Below are positions 1 through 8,598 of a DNA stretch of 64,000 bases, in pieces. Numbering within the stretch: position 1 is the first letter of the stretch; every line of letters begins with the position of its first letter. Position numbers and translations under genes: made by a program. Source of the DNA: an uncultured Gammaproteobacteria bacterium (GTDB taxonomy: Bacteria; Myxococcota_A; UBA796; JAJRTE01); assembly GCA_964418585.1 (NCBI GenBank), contig CAYQMG010000089.1:95185-159184 (forward strand). Direction: 5' to 3'. The notes under the pieces were generated by a model that was given only the letters and a program-made list of their open reading frames with translations, ran no database searches and was not told the origin of the DNA.

Positions 1-386
1 TCCGGGAGGCCAACGACGACTTGCTCGAGATCATGGATCGGGCGGGCGCATGGGCGCACCCGGTGGTCATTCACTGCTTCTCCAGCGACTGGCCGTTCGC
101 CCGCCAGTGCCTCGACAGGGGCGCCACCCTGGGTATCTCCGGTATCGTCACTTTCAAGAACGCGCTCGAGGTCAAGGAGGTCGCGGCACGCGCGCCTGTT
201 GAACGGTTGATCCTGGAAACAGACAGCCCCTATCTGGCCCCGGTGCCTTTCCGAGGTCAGAGGAACGAGCCTGCCCATGTCCACGCCGTCGCCCGCGAGG
301 TGGCAACCTTGAAGGAAATCGATCCTGCGGCCCTCGCCGCTGTCACCACACGCAACGTTCAGAATCTCTTCGCGATCGGGGCGTGA
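1..386 (+). CDS. TatD-family metal-dependent hydrolase, C-terminal part (5'-truncated at window edge)
   Basis: Frame open from window start; translation ...HCFSSDWPFARQCLDRGATLGISGIVTFKNA...ETDSPYLAPVPFRGQRNEPAHV resembles TatD/YabD C-terminal motifs (ETDxPY, NEPA). Track ORF 21..386 is the same frame. Confidence 0.75.
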   Translation, partial: REANDDLLEIMDRAGAWAHPVVIHCFSSDWPFARQCLDRGATLGISGIVTFKNALEVKEVAARAPVERLILETDSPYLAPVPFRGQRNEPAHVHAVAREVATLKEIDPAALAAVTTRNVQNLFAIGA

Positions 387-889
387 GTCTGCCTGGCCCG
401 CTTCGGGCGCGTGCAAATCAGACGACACACCCAATCCCCTCGCGACAGCACCCCGTCCGAGATCATCCCCTCGGACGACCGCCGTGCGTGTGAGTCACCC
501 GCTGTGCGTCGAATCAAGGGTGGTCAGGACGCGGATTCTTCCGGATGGATCGGGAACGGGGGGGTTGAACCATACTTCCGGAGCTTCCTTCGCCGATCCT
601 TCCCGCACCTGCGCCGCGCACGCTTTCGAATGGTCTCCGTCTTCTTCGTATTGGACGCCATACCTCTGTCCCTTGTCGGTGTGCCCGAGCCTCACGGAAA
701 GGCCCGGCCTGTCAAGTCGGATCTGGAAACCCCGGTAAGGTAGTCGCATCAGGAGAGGTTGTCAACCGGAATTCGTGCGATGACCCCTTCGGAGAACCCG
801 TCGGCCTTCACCAACGGGTCCCCCGCAACGGGCATCAAAACCGGTGCGCAGGAAGGGCCGACAGGTCCCGTCCGCCCCGTCGATCCCCA

Positions 890-1261
890 TCAGCCGGCCT
901 GAACCGCAATCTCACGCGGCCGCAGCGAGTCGTGCTTCGGCAGATGGATGGTCAGCACGCCGTTCTTCAACTCCGCAGAGATCCGGTCGGGATCGATTCC
1001 GCCGGGAACCACGAACTTGCGGACATACACGAACCCCTCGTCCTTGTCGTAGTCCTTCAGACAGGTACAGGACCCCTCCATCGTCAGTTGGTTCTTCTCA
1101 AAGTTGATCTTCACCTCGTCGAGCGTCACCCCGGGCATGTCCGCGAACATCAGGATCTCCTCGCTGTTCTCGAAAATGTCCACTGCCGGGGCATAGGTCC
1201 GCCGACGCTCTATCCGCTCGACATCCGTCTGCTCTCGCTTGGCAACGTTCTTGTCGTTCAT
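890..1261 (-). CDS. Hsp20/alpha-crystallin family small heat-shock protein
   Basis: 123 aa; alpha-crystallin domain signature (...PAVDIFE...VKINFEKNQLT...GVLTIHLPK); tandem with a second hsp20. Confidence 0.9.
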   Translation of the reverse strand: MNDKNVAKREQTDVERIERRRTYAPAVDIFENSEEILMFADMPGVTLDEVKINFEKNQLTMEGSCTCLKDYDKDEGFVYVRKFVVPGGIDPDRISAELKNGVLTIHLPKHDSLRPREIAVQAG

Positions 1262-1312
1262 CGTCTCTCTCCTCCCTGATCCTGGAATCCCTCGTGCCGA
1301 CCTCGTCCCACA

Positions 1313-1765
1313 TCAGTTGGACGTGACCTGGATCTGACGCGGCTGGCTCTCCGGCGCCTTGGGCAGCTTGATCGTCAAGATGCCGTTCTTGGCCACCGCC
1401 GTCGTCTTCTCCAGATCCACCTTGCACGGCAGCGCGAAACTCCGCGAGAACTTCACGGACGGCCGCTCGTGCCGGTGCGTCTGGTACCCCTCGGGAATCG
1501 TGGTCTTGCGCTCACCGCTCACCGTCAGCACATCCTGATTCACCGACACGTTGAAGTCCTTCTCGGACAACCCGGGAACCTCGGCCACCAGCACCAGCTC
1601 CTTGCCCATGTCCACGAACTGCATCCTCGGCCACCCGCTCGTCCACTGCGTCAGGGCCGGCGTGTCCCCGCCTTCGGTCATCCGCCGAACCCACTGGTCC
1701 ATTTCTCGGCGAGCCTCGTCCAGGAGTGCGAATGCATTGTCGATGTCATTCCAACGGATCAGCAT
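1313..1765 (-). CDS. Hsp20/alpha-crystallin family small heat-shock protein
   Basis: Track ORF 1313..1849 trimmed to internal ATG at 1765 (MLIRWNDIDNAF...) preceded by GGGAGGAAGGAATC; alpha-crystallin motifs (VAEVPGLSEKDFNVSV...GILTIKLPK). Confidence 0.85.
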   Translation of the reverse strand: MLIRWNDIDNAFALLDEARREMDQWVRRMTEGGDTPALTQWTSGWPRMQFVDMGKELVLVAEVPGLSEKDFNVSVNQDVLTVSGERKTTIPEGYQTHRHERPSVKFSRSFALPCKVDLEKTTAVAKNGILTIKLPKAPESQPRQIQVTSN

Positions 1766-2000
1766 GATTCCTTCCTCCCGTGACAGGTGATTGCCTCCAT
1801 GGTCGCCTGAATCTTCGTTCAGGACGCACGACAACCCACGATATGTCACTACAAATGCTTGCTAGTTCTATCTGCCAAGATAAGCACCCGTGCCCTGTCG
1901 TCAAGGGGATCGCCTGTATGAAACTTTTCGCTTTCGATCCAGCAGGTTAGGTGCCTTTGGCCTTGCATCGTCAATACTAAGCGCACAGATCGCGGTGGCA

Positions 2001-2125
2001 AGGGGGGAAAGTGCGCTCGGCGAAGGAGACTACACAATTGTGGGGTTGTGGGGGTGTGGGGTCCCTGGTGTGGGGCCTGGGTGGGTGGGCGGTGCGGCTT
2101 GTGGGGTTTTGGGGAGGGTGGTCCG
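2001..2125. repeat. G-tract repeat region (reiterated GTGGGG/GGGTGGG units; C-rich on minus strand)
   Basis: Read directly: aaggggggaaag ... gtggggttgtgggggtgtggggtccctggtgtggggcctgggtgggtgggcgg...gtggggttttggggagggtgg, inside a lower-GC intergenic region between hsp20 and the KH gene. Confidence 0.6.
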
Positions 2126-2281
2126 AATGTGTGTAGTAGCCCAGAAAAGCAGATGATATGTACTGCATTTGCTTGCAAAGGTCGCGGTGGTGTGTTATTG
2201 GAATAGTCAATTGGAGGAAGTTGTCGCGCCCCGACCAGAAGCTGTTCCCGGTGGGGTGAAGAACTTGGAAGGAGGTCTGCT

Positions 2282-2539
2282 ATGGATCCGGTGCAGGAAA
2301 CGGCTAGTCTGATGGAGTTGATGGTGAAGGCGCTGGTGGACTTGCCCGAGGCGGTCCGAATCCACGTGGTTTCGGGGACTCAGGCGGTCATTTACGAGGT
2401 CGCGGTGGACCCGGTGGATGTGCGACGGGTGATTGGACGGCGAGGTCGCACGGCGGATGCACTTCGTGAGATTTTGACCAACCTGGGGTCCAAGGCTGGG
2501 AGGCGTTTCATGCTGGAGATTGTGGAGCCCGAGCGGTGA
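2282..2539 (+). CDS. KH-domain RNA-binding protein (UPF0109/YlqC-like), paralog 1
   Basis: 85 aa; ATG at 2282 preceded by GGAAGGAGG; VIGRRGRTADALREIL core typical of small KH proteins; paralogous to the CDSs at 45921 and 46655. Confidence 0.8.
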   Translation: MDPVQETASLMELMVKALVDLPEAVRIHVVSGTQAVIYEVAVDPVDVRRVIGRRGRTADALREILTNLGSKAGRRFMLEIVEPER

Positions 2540-2814
2540 CGAGGGAGGCTGGGCCGATCTCGGTGTGACCAGGTGCCCATCATTTTCCCCCCGGGCGGTT
2601 CTTGCGACCGGGTGCCTGCCTGACGTTTTACCTGCCTGGCCTGGACCTGTCGATAGCGGGTGAAGAAAAAGCTCATGTGAAGCCGTCGAAGTGCCGATAA
2701 CCTTGCGACGCGACCGGCGACTGTCAGAAACGGCAGATTGTGGAGGTTGGGGATATGGAACGGTTTCAGTCAGGCTATCCGTGCTGAAACATTTTTGAAC
2801 CTGTACGACGGAGC

Positions 2815-2833
2815 ATGCAAAAGACGTTTGCAT
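2815..2833. promoter_or_regulatory. Perfect inverted repeat ATGCAAA-N5-TTTGCAT, candidate operator
   Basis: Sequence atgcaaaagacgtttgcat about 70 bp upstream of the MORN-repeat gene start; AT-rich palindrome, not terminator-like. Confidence 0.3.
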
Positions 2834-2902
2834 TTTCGGGCATGGTTGGGAAAAGTGGTAAGAAGCCGGCCATTGTGGCTGAGCAGCTTGGGAGGAAGAC
2901 CG

Positions 2903-3508
2903 ATGAGCAAGACCGTCGACAAGGTGAAACGATCTTCTGATGGGCGCGGTTGGGTGGGACGATTTCTGGTTTTGTGTGCCCTGGTGACGGCGAACTGGGC
3001 CATGGCGGGTCAAAAGACCGGCGTCGAGGCCGGTCCTGCCGGGGAGGACGGGTGCTGGTACCAGGTGGAGTACTACTCGAGTGGACAGGTGAAGAGTCGT
3101 GTGGGCTTCATGACCGGGCAGACCGGCGAGCCGGTCCTGGGGTGCAAGACCACCGTGTACTACGAGAGTGGGAAGGTGGCCATGGAGCAGGAATTCAAGA
3201 ACGGGTTGCCCCATGGAATCTACCGGACGTTTTATGAAAACGGTCAAAAGGAGATGGAGTACGCCTACGATATGGGGACGCCCGACGGACCGGTCACCTA
3301 CTGGTACGAGAACGGGAAGATGAAGGCGCAAGGGACGTTGCACGAGGGATTGAAGGAGGGGGCGTGGACCACGTGGCATGAAGATGGGTCCATCGAGTCT
3401 CAGGGCGAGTATGCCCAGGATCGGAAAGTCGGTACCTGGTTTTATCAGAAGGCCGATGGGGTGACGACGCGGGTGATGGACTACACCTGCGGGACCGAGA
3501 CGCAGTAG
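2903..3508 (+). CDS. MORN-repeat (YwqK-like) secreted/lipoprotein
   Basis: Track ORF 2738..3508 trimmed to ATG 2903 (MSKTVDKVK...) with GGGAGGAAG RBS; signal-peptide-like N-terminus; repeated YYxSGxxxxxxxFxNG / YENGK / WHEDG units typical of MORN/YwqK repeats. Confidence 0.65.
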   Translation: MSKTVDKVKRSSDGRGWVGRFLVLCALVTANWAMAGQKTGVEAGPAGEDGCWYQVEYYSSGQVKSRVGFMTGQTGEPVLGCKTTVYYESGKVAMEQEFKNGLPHGIYRTFYENGQKEMEYAYDMGTPDGPVTYWYENGKMKAQGTLHEGLKEGAWTTWHEDGSIESQGEYAQDRKVGTWFYQKADGVTTRVMDYTCGTETQ

Positions 3509-3561
3509 CCGTCGGGCCGTGATGTGGTCGATGTCCCCAACCGAGGTACCAGGAGGAGATC

Positions 3562-4740
3562 ATGACCGTTCGAGAGACCAAGCGTGGAAAAAGGCAGAGC
3601 GTGAGTATCCGGCGTCGTCCTGTGGTGATGGCCGGGAGTGCCCTGGTCGCCCTGGTGGCCACCGCCACAGCGTGGGCGTTTTTCGAGGAGCCTGAACTGC
3701 CCGACGACCGCAACGAGTCCACGATTCACTATTCTCTGTTGGGTGCGCTTGCCACCTGTGCCGGGTACGAGGACCTGGCCTGGGAGCTTGCCACCTACGA
3801 CCAGCTCACGGATCTGGGCACGGATCCCGCTTACGACGGGACCCTGTGTGAGGGGTGGGTGCCTGCGCCGCCTCCCAATCCGGTCGCCGCTGCCGCCGAC
3901 GGCGCCGTTCTGACAGACCTCGTGGAGGGCGTGGTCAATGGGTGTGCCAGCTACGTGCCCCTGACGTTCCCGAATGACGAAAAAGGGCATGACCCCGCCT
4001 GTTTCACGAATCGGTTCCGGGGGACGGCTCACTTCTTCCATTTCCCCAACGAGGATCGGCTCGAGCGGATTCGTGACTGGGCGTTCACCCCCGGCGCCCT
4101 CCTCTACGGGGACATCTATGCGGCCTACGGTGGATTCACGGCACTGCCTCTCACCTGGCGTTGTGTGGCCGAGTGGCGGGAACAGGTCATCGATACCGGC
4201 CCGATTGAAGGGGGAACCATTGAGGCATTCGGGATCTATCTCCACTCCCTGGCGGACCACGCTTCACACTTCGATTGCATCGCTCATACAGAAAGCGACG
4301 AGATCGCATTGAACATCCCCACGCACTATGGGCAGTGGGGCTCGAGCTACTGCTCCTTCTTCGAGCACTACCAGGAACTGGAGACGGACGAATCCGAACT
4401 CGAGGAGGCACCCCTGTCGCGAACTCTGGAATCGGCCGTGGGGCACGAGGTGATGGAGTGGTTGTACGATGGCGAGGTGCCGCACGATTATCCTTACGAT
4501 TTCAAGGGGATCTATGGCGAACTTCTCGAATGGCGCGATGCGCATCCCGAGCTGTTCGTGGGGAAGCCTGCTCCGATCCCGGCGGACCTGGACAACCTGG
4601 ACTACCAGGAAATCATGGAAATGGTCCAGGGCATGATCGTGGGCAACGCGGGTGAGGGGGGACGCTACAACGGCATGTACCGCATCGAGGATGCCAACGA
4701 CATTGCGGCCTTCTGCCATGCCATTCAGTCCACTCCGTGA
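3562..4740 (+). CDS. Secreted protein, zinc-dependent phospholipase C / S1-P1 nuclease-like
   Basis: 392 aa; AGGAGGAG RBS before ATG 3562; signal peptide; motifs HFFHFPNED and GIYLHSLADHASH resemble the His-rich zinc ligand motifs of Zn-dependent phospholipase C; recalled from memory, not searched. Confidence 0.55.
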   Translation: MTVRETKRGKRQSVSIRRRPVVMAGSALVALVATATAWAFFEEPELPDDRNESTIHYSLLGALATCAGYEDLAWELATYDQLTDLGTDPAYDGTLCEGWVPAPPPNPVAAAADGAVLTDLVEGVVNGCASYVPLTFPNDEKGHDPACFTNRFRGTAHFFHFPNEDRLERIRDWAFTPGALLYGDIYAAYGGFTALPLTWRCVAEWREQVIDTGPIEGGTIEAFGIYLHSLADHASHFDCIAHTESDEIALNIPTHYGQWGSSYCSFFEHYQELETDESELEEAPLSRTLESAVGHEVMEWLYDGEVPHDYPYDFKGIYGELLEWRDAHPELFVGKPAPIPADLDNLDYQEIMEMVQGMIVGNAGEGGRYNGMYRIEDANDIAAFCHAIQSTP

Positions 4741-4879
4741 CGCTCGTCACGGTGGCCCAGCCGGAGTGGGGCGGCCTTCTCTTCACGAACGTTTCCAGGG
4801 ATTCCTCTCCCTCGCTGTTCTGCGTGCACGCTTGTGACCCGTTCGTTGCATTCTGCGAGTGCTGGTTTGTTTGCACGGA

Positions 4880-7282
4880 TCACCAGGAATCTCCGGCGGA
4901 TCGAAAAGCCGGGACGAACAGGTCACCTCCGGCCTCCGGTGTCGTACGGTCGGAATCCAGGGCGAGGTAGGCATACACTCCGACGCAGGCGCACGGGGAA
5001 GGTTGGTAACGGAGTTCGAGGCGGCGGGTCAAGGGCCGTGGTGTGTCGGTCAGGCTGAAGCTGGTGTGGGCCGCAATCGAGAGTCCATCCGGGATCGGTT
5101 TGGCGACCAGGCCGGGGAGAAGAGCAAGATCCAGAGAAGCCTGGAGGTCGACGAACGCTCCCCGGTGTTCAGGGGTGGGATAGTGCCCGGCCGGCGGAAC
5201 TGGAGTCCTGTCCGGGTTCAACCAGCCGACCCCATACTGGAAGTCGAAGCCCTGGAACCTGATCCCACCTTGCGCGAAGGCCCAGGAGGCGGTGTGGAGA
5301 TCCGGGGCCAGGAGCAAGGAAAGAGAGAACCGGGTGGGTTGCTGGGCTTCGAGATGTATTTCCCAGTCGGACCACTGTCCAGCGGCCTCCACATTCTTGC
5401 CCAGGGCCACCTCGAGGGTTCCTATCTCGAGCACGCGCATGGCTCCATGTGGGTCGGTCCGGGCACCGAACAGGTGTTGTGACAGGTTGAGGACCATGCG
5501 GCGTGTGGTGGTTCCCGGGTCACCCAGTGGGGGGAGGAATCCGGGGTCGGTTCGGGTCCAGGCGTCGTAGAGGAGACGGATGTGCGGGGTCACTTCGTGG
5601 TCGAGCAGGGACCAGGTGTGCCCGGGACGCTCGAACGTGCGGCCCATGATAGTCCCCATTTCGGCCGAGAGCGGTATGCGATGGCGGACCGGGAAGAGGG
5701 GGTGGGCCGAGTCCGAAGGTGCGGACGGATAGGACACCTGGATCGCGTAGGCGGCTTCTCCTGTCAGGAACGCGGCGTGTCCGATCTGGCCTGTCCATTC
5801 CAGGCGGGTGGTGGAAGCGGCGTGAACACGCGCCTCCTCGTTGGGGGCTCCAGGGACAGGGAATCTGGTATCGTTGCCCAGGGCCTGGCGGAATGCGGAC
5901 CAGTCGAGGCGCAATCGGGCGGTTCCCCCGGCCATCCGGCGGGGGGGGCTGGAGTATGCGCCGAGCACCTCCGGAACCCTGCCAGCGTGTGAGAAGGTGC
6001 CCTCCCGGGTGGAGATCTGTTCCCGAAGCCCTGTCGAGAGGAACCAGGGACCCGGTGCCGTTTCCACTGCCAGCCTGGAAAGGTGGCGGGCGTCCACGCG
6101 GGCCGACACGGAATTCCCAAAGTCGGCGAGGAAATTCGGGTCTCCGGGAAGGTCGAGGTCGAGGTGCATTCCCAGGAGGCGACCCGCCGGACGGTCGTGA
6201 CGCCAGGTGAGTGCCCACCGGGCGGGTGGTGTGTCCGGCATGCGGTCCCCGTGGACGACCAGCCGGGCCTCGCCCTCACCGACCCCCCCCCGGTAGTCGG
6301 CCCCGCCATTCACCCACGGCCCTCGGCGCTGGAGCCACCCGACCTCCAGGGCCAGTTTCTGTTCACCGTGGGTGCGCCAGACCCAGGGGAACGCGATGTC
6401 GACCCCATCCTGGTTACGGGAGACTCGAGGTGCTCGGGGCCCGGAGTAGCTTCCCGGCTCGAGGGGGACGTGCCAGCCGGGGAGGTAGAGAACTGGAACA
6501 CCCAGGACCCGAACCACGCTCGATTTGAGCCGGAGGCGGGGGGAAGCCGCCGCTTCTTTGTGCTCCCCTGGACTCGCGTCGAGGGGAGAAAGCAGGGCGC
6601 TTCGTGCGGTGACGGAGAGGAACGGCCGGCGTACCCGTCCCCCGCCTTTCTCGGGGCTGGAACGGCTTGAGGGAAGGCAGCCGCAGGGAACAAGGCGAAT
6701 GTCGGACAGGCACAGACCGGTCCCGGGTGCCCAGCGTCCCCCGGCGGCTCCGAGGCGTATCCCGGCTCGAGGCCACTCCAGGCGACAGGATGTGAGGGAA
6801 ATCTGGCCGACCTCGAGGTCAAGGGTGGCACCCGAGGCTTGGACCAGGAGCGCTCCCGAGTCCCATCGGACAGGTCCCTGGAGTCTTGCGAGGCCTCTGT
6901 CCAGATCGATGACGGCGGAAGAGGCGCTCAGCGCGTGGGCCCCCCACTCGATCCAGGTCCCTGCGTGACTCTCGACGCGATGGGACGCTGGGTCCAAGGT
7001 GATGGTGCCGGCCCGAAGCTCGAAACAGGAAGGCGACGTGTTCCGGGCCGTGCTGACCGAAGTCGGGTCGGCGTGCTGAGAGCCAGCCGGGTTCTGCGCA
7101 TGGACCGGGAAGTACAAGAGCGTGCTGAGGACCGCCAGGAACGAGGCGATCCCGGGCGGGCAAGAGTGCAACAATCGGCCGGGACCTCGAGTCGGGTCGT
7201 GCTGCCGCGGGTCGCTGCACGGGCAGTCCTTCCGGACGTGGAGCACGGCCGGCCGGCGGTCAGGAGGGGGGGCAAGGGTCAT
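4880..7282 (-). CDS. lptD: LPS-assembly outer-membrane protein LptD (OstA family)
   Basis: Track ORF 4880..7990 trimmed: upstream part overlaps folC in another frame. OstA-like N-terminal region and barrel motif ...RVLGVPVLYLPGWHVP. ATG at 7282 shares one base with the folC stop (TGATG); true start may be a downstream TTG near 7165 just before the signal peptide. Confidence 0.75.
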   Translation of the reverse strand: MTLAPPPDRRPAVLHVRKDCPCSDPRQHDPTRGPGRLLHSCPPGIASFLAVLSTLLYFPVHAQNPAGSQHADPTSVSTARNTSPSCFELRAGTITLDPASHRVESHAGTWIEWGAHALSASSAVIDLDRGLARLQGPVRWDSGALLVQASGATLDLEVGQISLTSCRLEWPRAGIRLGAAGGRWAPGTGLCLSDIRLVPCGCLPSSRSSPEKGGGRVRRPFLSVTARSALLSPLDASPGEHKEAAASPRLRLKSSVVRVLGVPVLYLPGWHVPLEPGSYSGPRAPRVSRNQDGVDIAFPWVWRTHGEQKLALEVGWLQRRGPWVNGGADYRGGVGEGEARLVVHGDRMPDTPPARWALTWRHDRPAGRLLGMHLDLDLPGDPNFLADFGNSVSARVDARHLSRLAVETAPGPWFLSTGLREQISTREGTFSHAGRVPEVLGAYSSPPRRMAGGTARLRLDWSAFRQALGNDTRFPVPGAPNEEARVHAASTTRLEWTGQIGHAAFLTGEAAYAIQVSYPSAPSDSAHPLFPVRHRIPLSAEMGTIMGRTFERPGHTWSLLDHEVTPHIRLLYDAWTRTDPGFLPPLGDPGTTTRRMVLNLSQHLFGARTDPHGAMRVLEIGTLEVALGKNVEAAGQWSDWEIHLEAQQPTRFSLSLLLAPDLHTASWAFAQGGIRFQGFDFQYGVGWLNPDRTPVPPAGHYPTPEHRGAFVDLQASLDLALLPGLVAKPIPDGLSIAAHTSFSLTDTPRPLTRRLELRYQPSPCACVGVYAYLALDSDRTTPEAGGDLFVPAFRSAGDSW

Positions 7283-8577
7283 CACAACAGCCGCGTTTTC
7301 GGTAGGGTCCGCTCCACCGCCTGTTCTGCTTCCTGGACCACCGAGAGGGAACCGCACAGGAGGTTTACCCCGGCAGGGTTGTATCCGAATTCCGACACCG
7401 CGTCCGCGATGGTGGGCATGGTGCGAATCTGCGGTTTTTCTGCACCGGGAGGGATCACTTCTTGAGCCACCTCGTGCGCCAGGCGGGCGAGGGCTTCCGG
7501 TGGGACGCACCGAGGGGCCGAACTCCGGGTGCACAGGATCCGGTCCGTACCGGGGAGCAGCGCTTCGAGGAATCCCTTGATATCCTTGTCCGAATAGATG
7601 GCAATGGCCACCCAGCGAGGACCGGATTGCCAGTGCGTTTTCAGCGTCCGGGCCAGGGCCGATGCCGCGTCCGGGTTGTGTCCCCCGTCCACAAGGAAAC
7701 GGTATCCTTCCGGGTGCACGAACCATTCGAGTCGACCACGGACCGCAGCCGCGCGGAGACCTTCCCGGACGGCCTCGGGGGAGATGGCGAAGCCCATGTG
7801 ATTGAGGCGTGATGTCGCCTGTACAGCGAGCGCGGCGTTGTGCCGCTGGTGCACACCGAGGAGTCCGATACGCAGTCCCTCGATCCGGATTTCCCGGTTG
7901 GTGAAGACGAGGTTGTCGTCGGCGCCCTGAAGATGGAAGTCCTCGTCGAGGACATCGAGCGGGGATGCCCGGTTGGTAATTTCCGGACAAAGCAGCCGTC
8001 TCGCAGCTCCGTCGGCGCCGGTGATCAGGGGACGCCCCGGGCGGCCGATGGCGGCTTTCTCGAGGGTAATGGATGCCACGCTCCCCCCCAATTCCTGCAC
8101 GTGGTCCATGGACACGCTGGTGAGGATGGAGAGTATGGGCTCACACACATTGGTGGCGTCGTGGCGTCCGCCCATTCCCACTTCGACGATGGCGATGTCC
8201 GGGCGCTCATGGGCGAAGGAGAGGAACGCCATGGCAGCGGCGCTTTCGAACAGGGTAAGGGGCTCCCGGGCGGCCTGTTTGATTTTTTTTGCCCATGCCT
8301 CACTGTCCCGGGCGGTGATGGGCCGGCCCTGGAGGCGGATCTGTTCGTTGAAGTGGGACAGCGCAGGTGAGGTAAACGTCCCGGTTCGGTAGCCGGCGGC
8401 CCGGAAGATGGTCTCGAGGAAGGCCACGGTGGACCCTTTTCCGTTGGTGCCGCCCACCAGGATGGTGGGCACGGCCCGTTCGGGGTGGCCCATCCGGTCG
8501 AGCGCGCGGCGGAATGGTCCGGTCGTCTGACGTTGTCCAGGAGTTATCCAGTTGGCGAGGTAGTCGGGAGTCTGCAT
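7282..8577 (-). CDS. folC: Bifunctional folylpolyglutamate synthase / dihydrofolate synthase
   Basis: 431 aa; P-loop VGGTNGKGST and Mur-ligase-like layout; conserved accD-folC synteny. Confidence 0.9.
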   Translation of the reverse strand: MQTPDYLANWITPGQRQTTGPFRRALDRMGHPERAVPTILVGGTNGKGSTVAFLETIFRAAGYRTGTFTSPALSHFNEQIRLQGRPITARDSEAWAKKIKQAAREPLTLFESAAAMAFLSFAHERPDIAIVEVGMGGRHDATNVCEPILSILTSVSMDHVQELGGSVASITLEKAAIGRPGRPLITGADGAARRLLCPEITNRASPLDVLDEDFHLQGADDNLVFTNREIRIEGLRIGLLGVHQRHNAALAVQATSRLNHMGFAISPEAVREGLRAAAVRGRLEWFVHPEGYRFLVDGGHNPDAASALARTLKTHWQSGPRWVAIAIYSDKDIKGFLEALLPGTDRILCTRSSAPRCVPPEALARLAHEVAQEVIPPGAEKPQIRTMPTIADAVSEFGYNPAGVNLLCGSLSVVQEAEQAVERTLPKTRLL

Positions 8578-8598
8578 GGTCTGCCACCCTGTATCGAG

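Noticed and set aside
690-815. RNase P RNA-like fragments (GGAAAGGCCCGGCC, GAGAACCCGUCGGCC)
   Set aside because: The two motif-like segments are only about 110 nt apart and the rest of the conserved RNase P core is missing; judged coincidental.
2207-3379. 390-aa minus-strand track ORF
   Set aside because: Antisense to the KH and MORN-repeat genes; Pro/Arg/His-rich with no motifs; typical high-GC antisense ORF.
7283-7990. Upstream 236 codons of the 1036-aa minus-strand track ORF (lptD frame)
   Set aside because: Overlaps folC in a different frame; composition is Arg/Pro/Gly-rich shadow sequence; LptD homology only begins after the folC stop.
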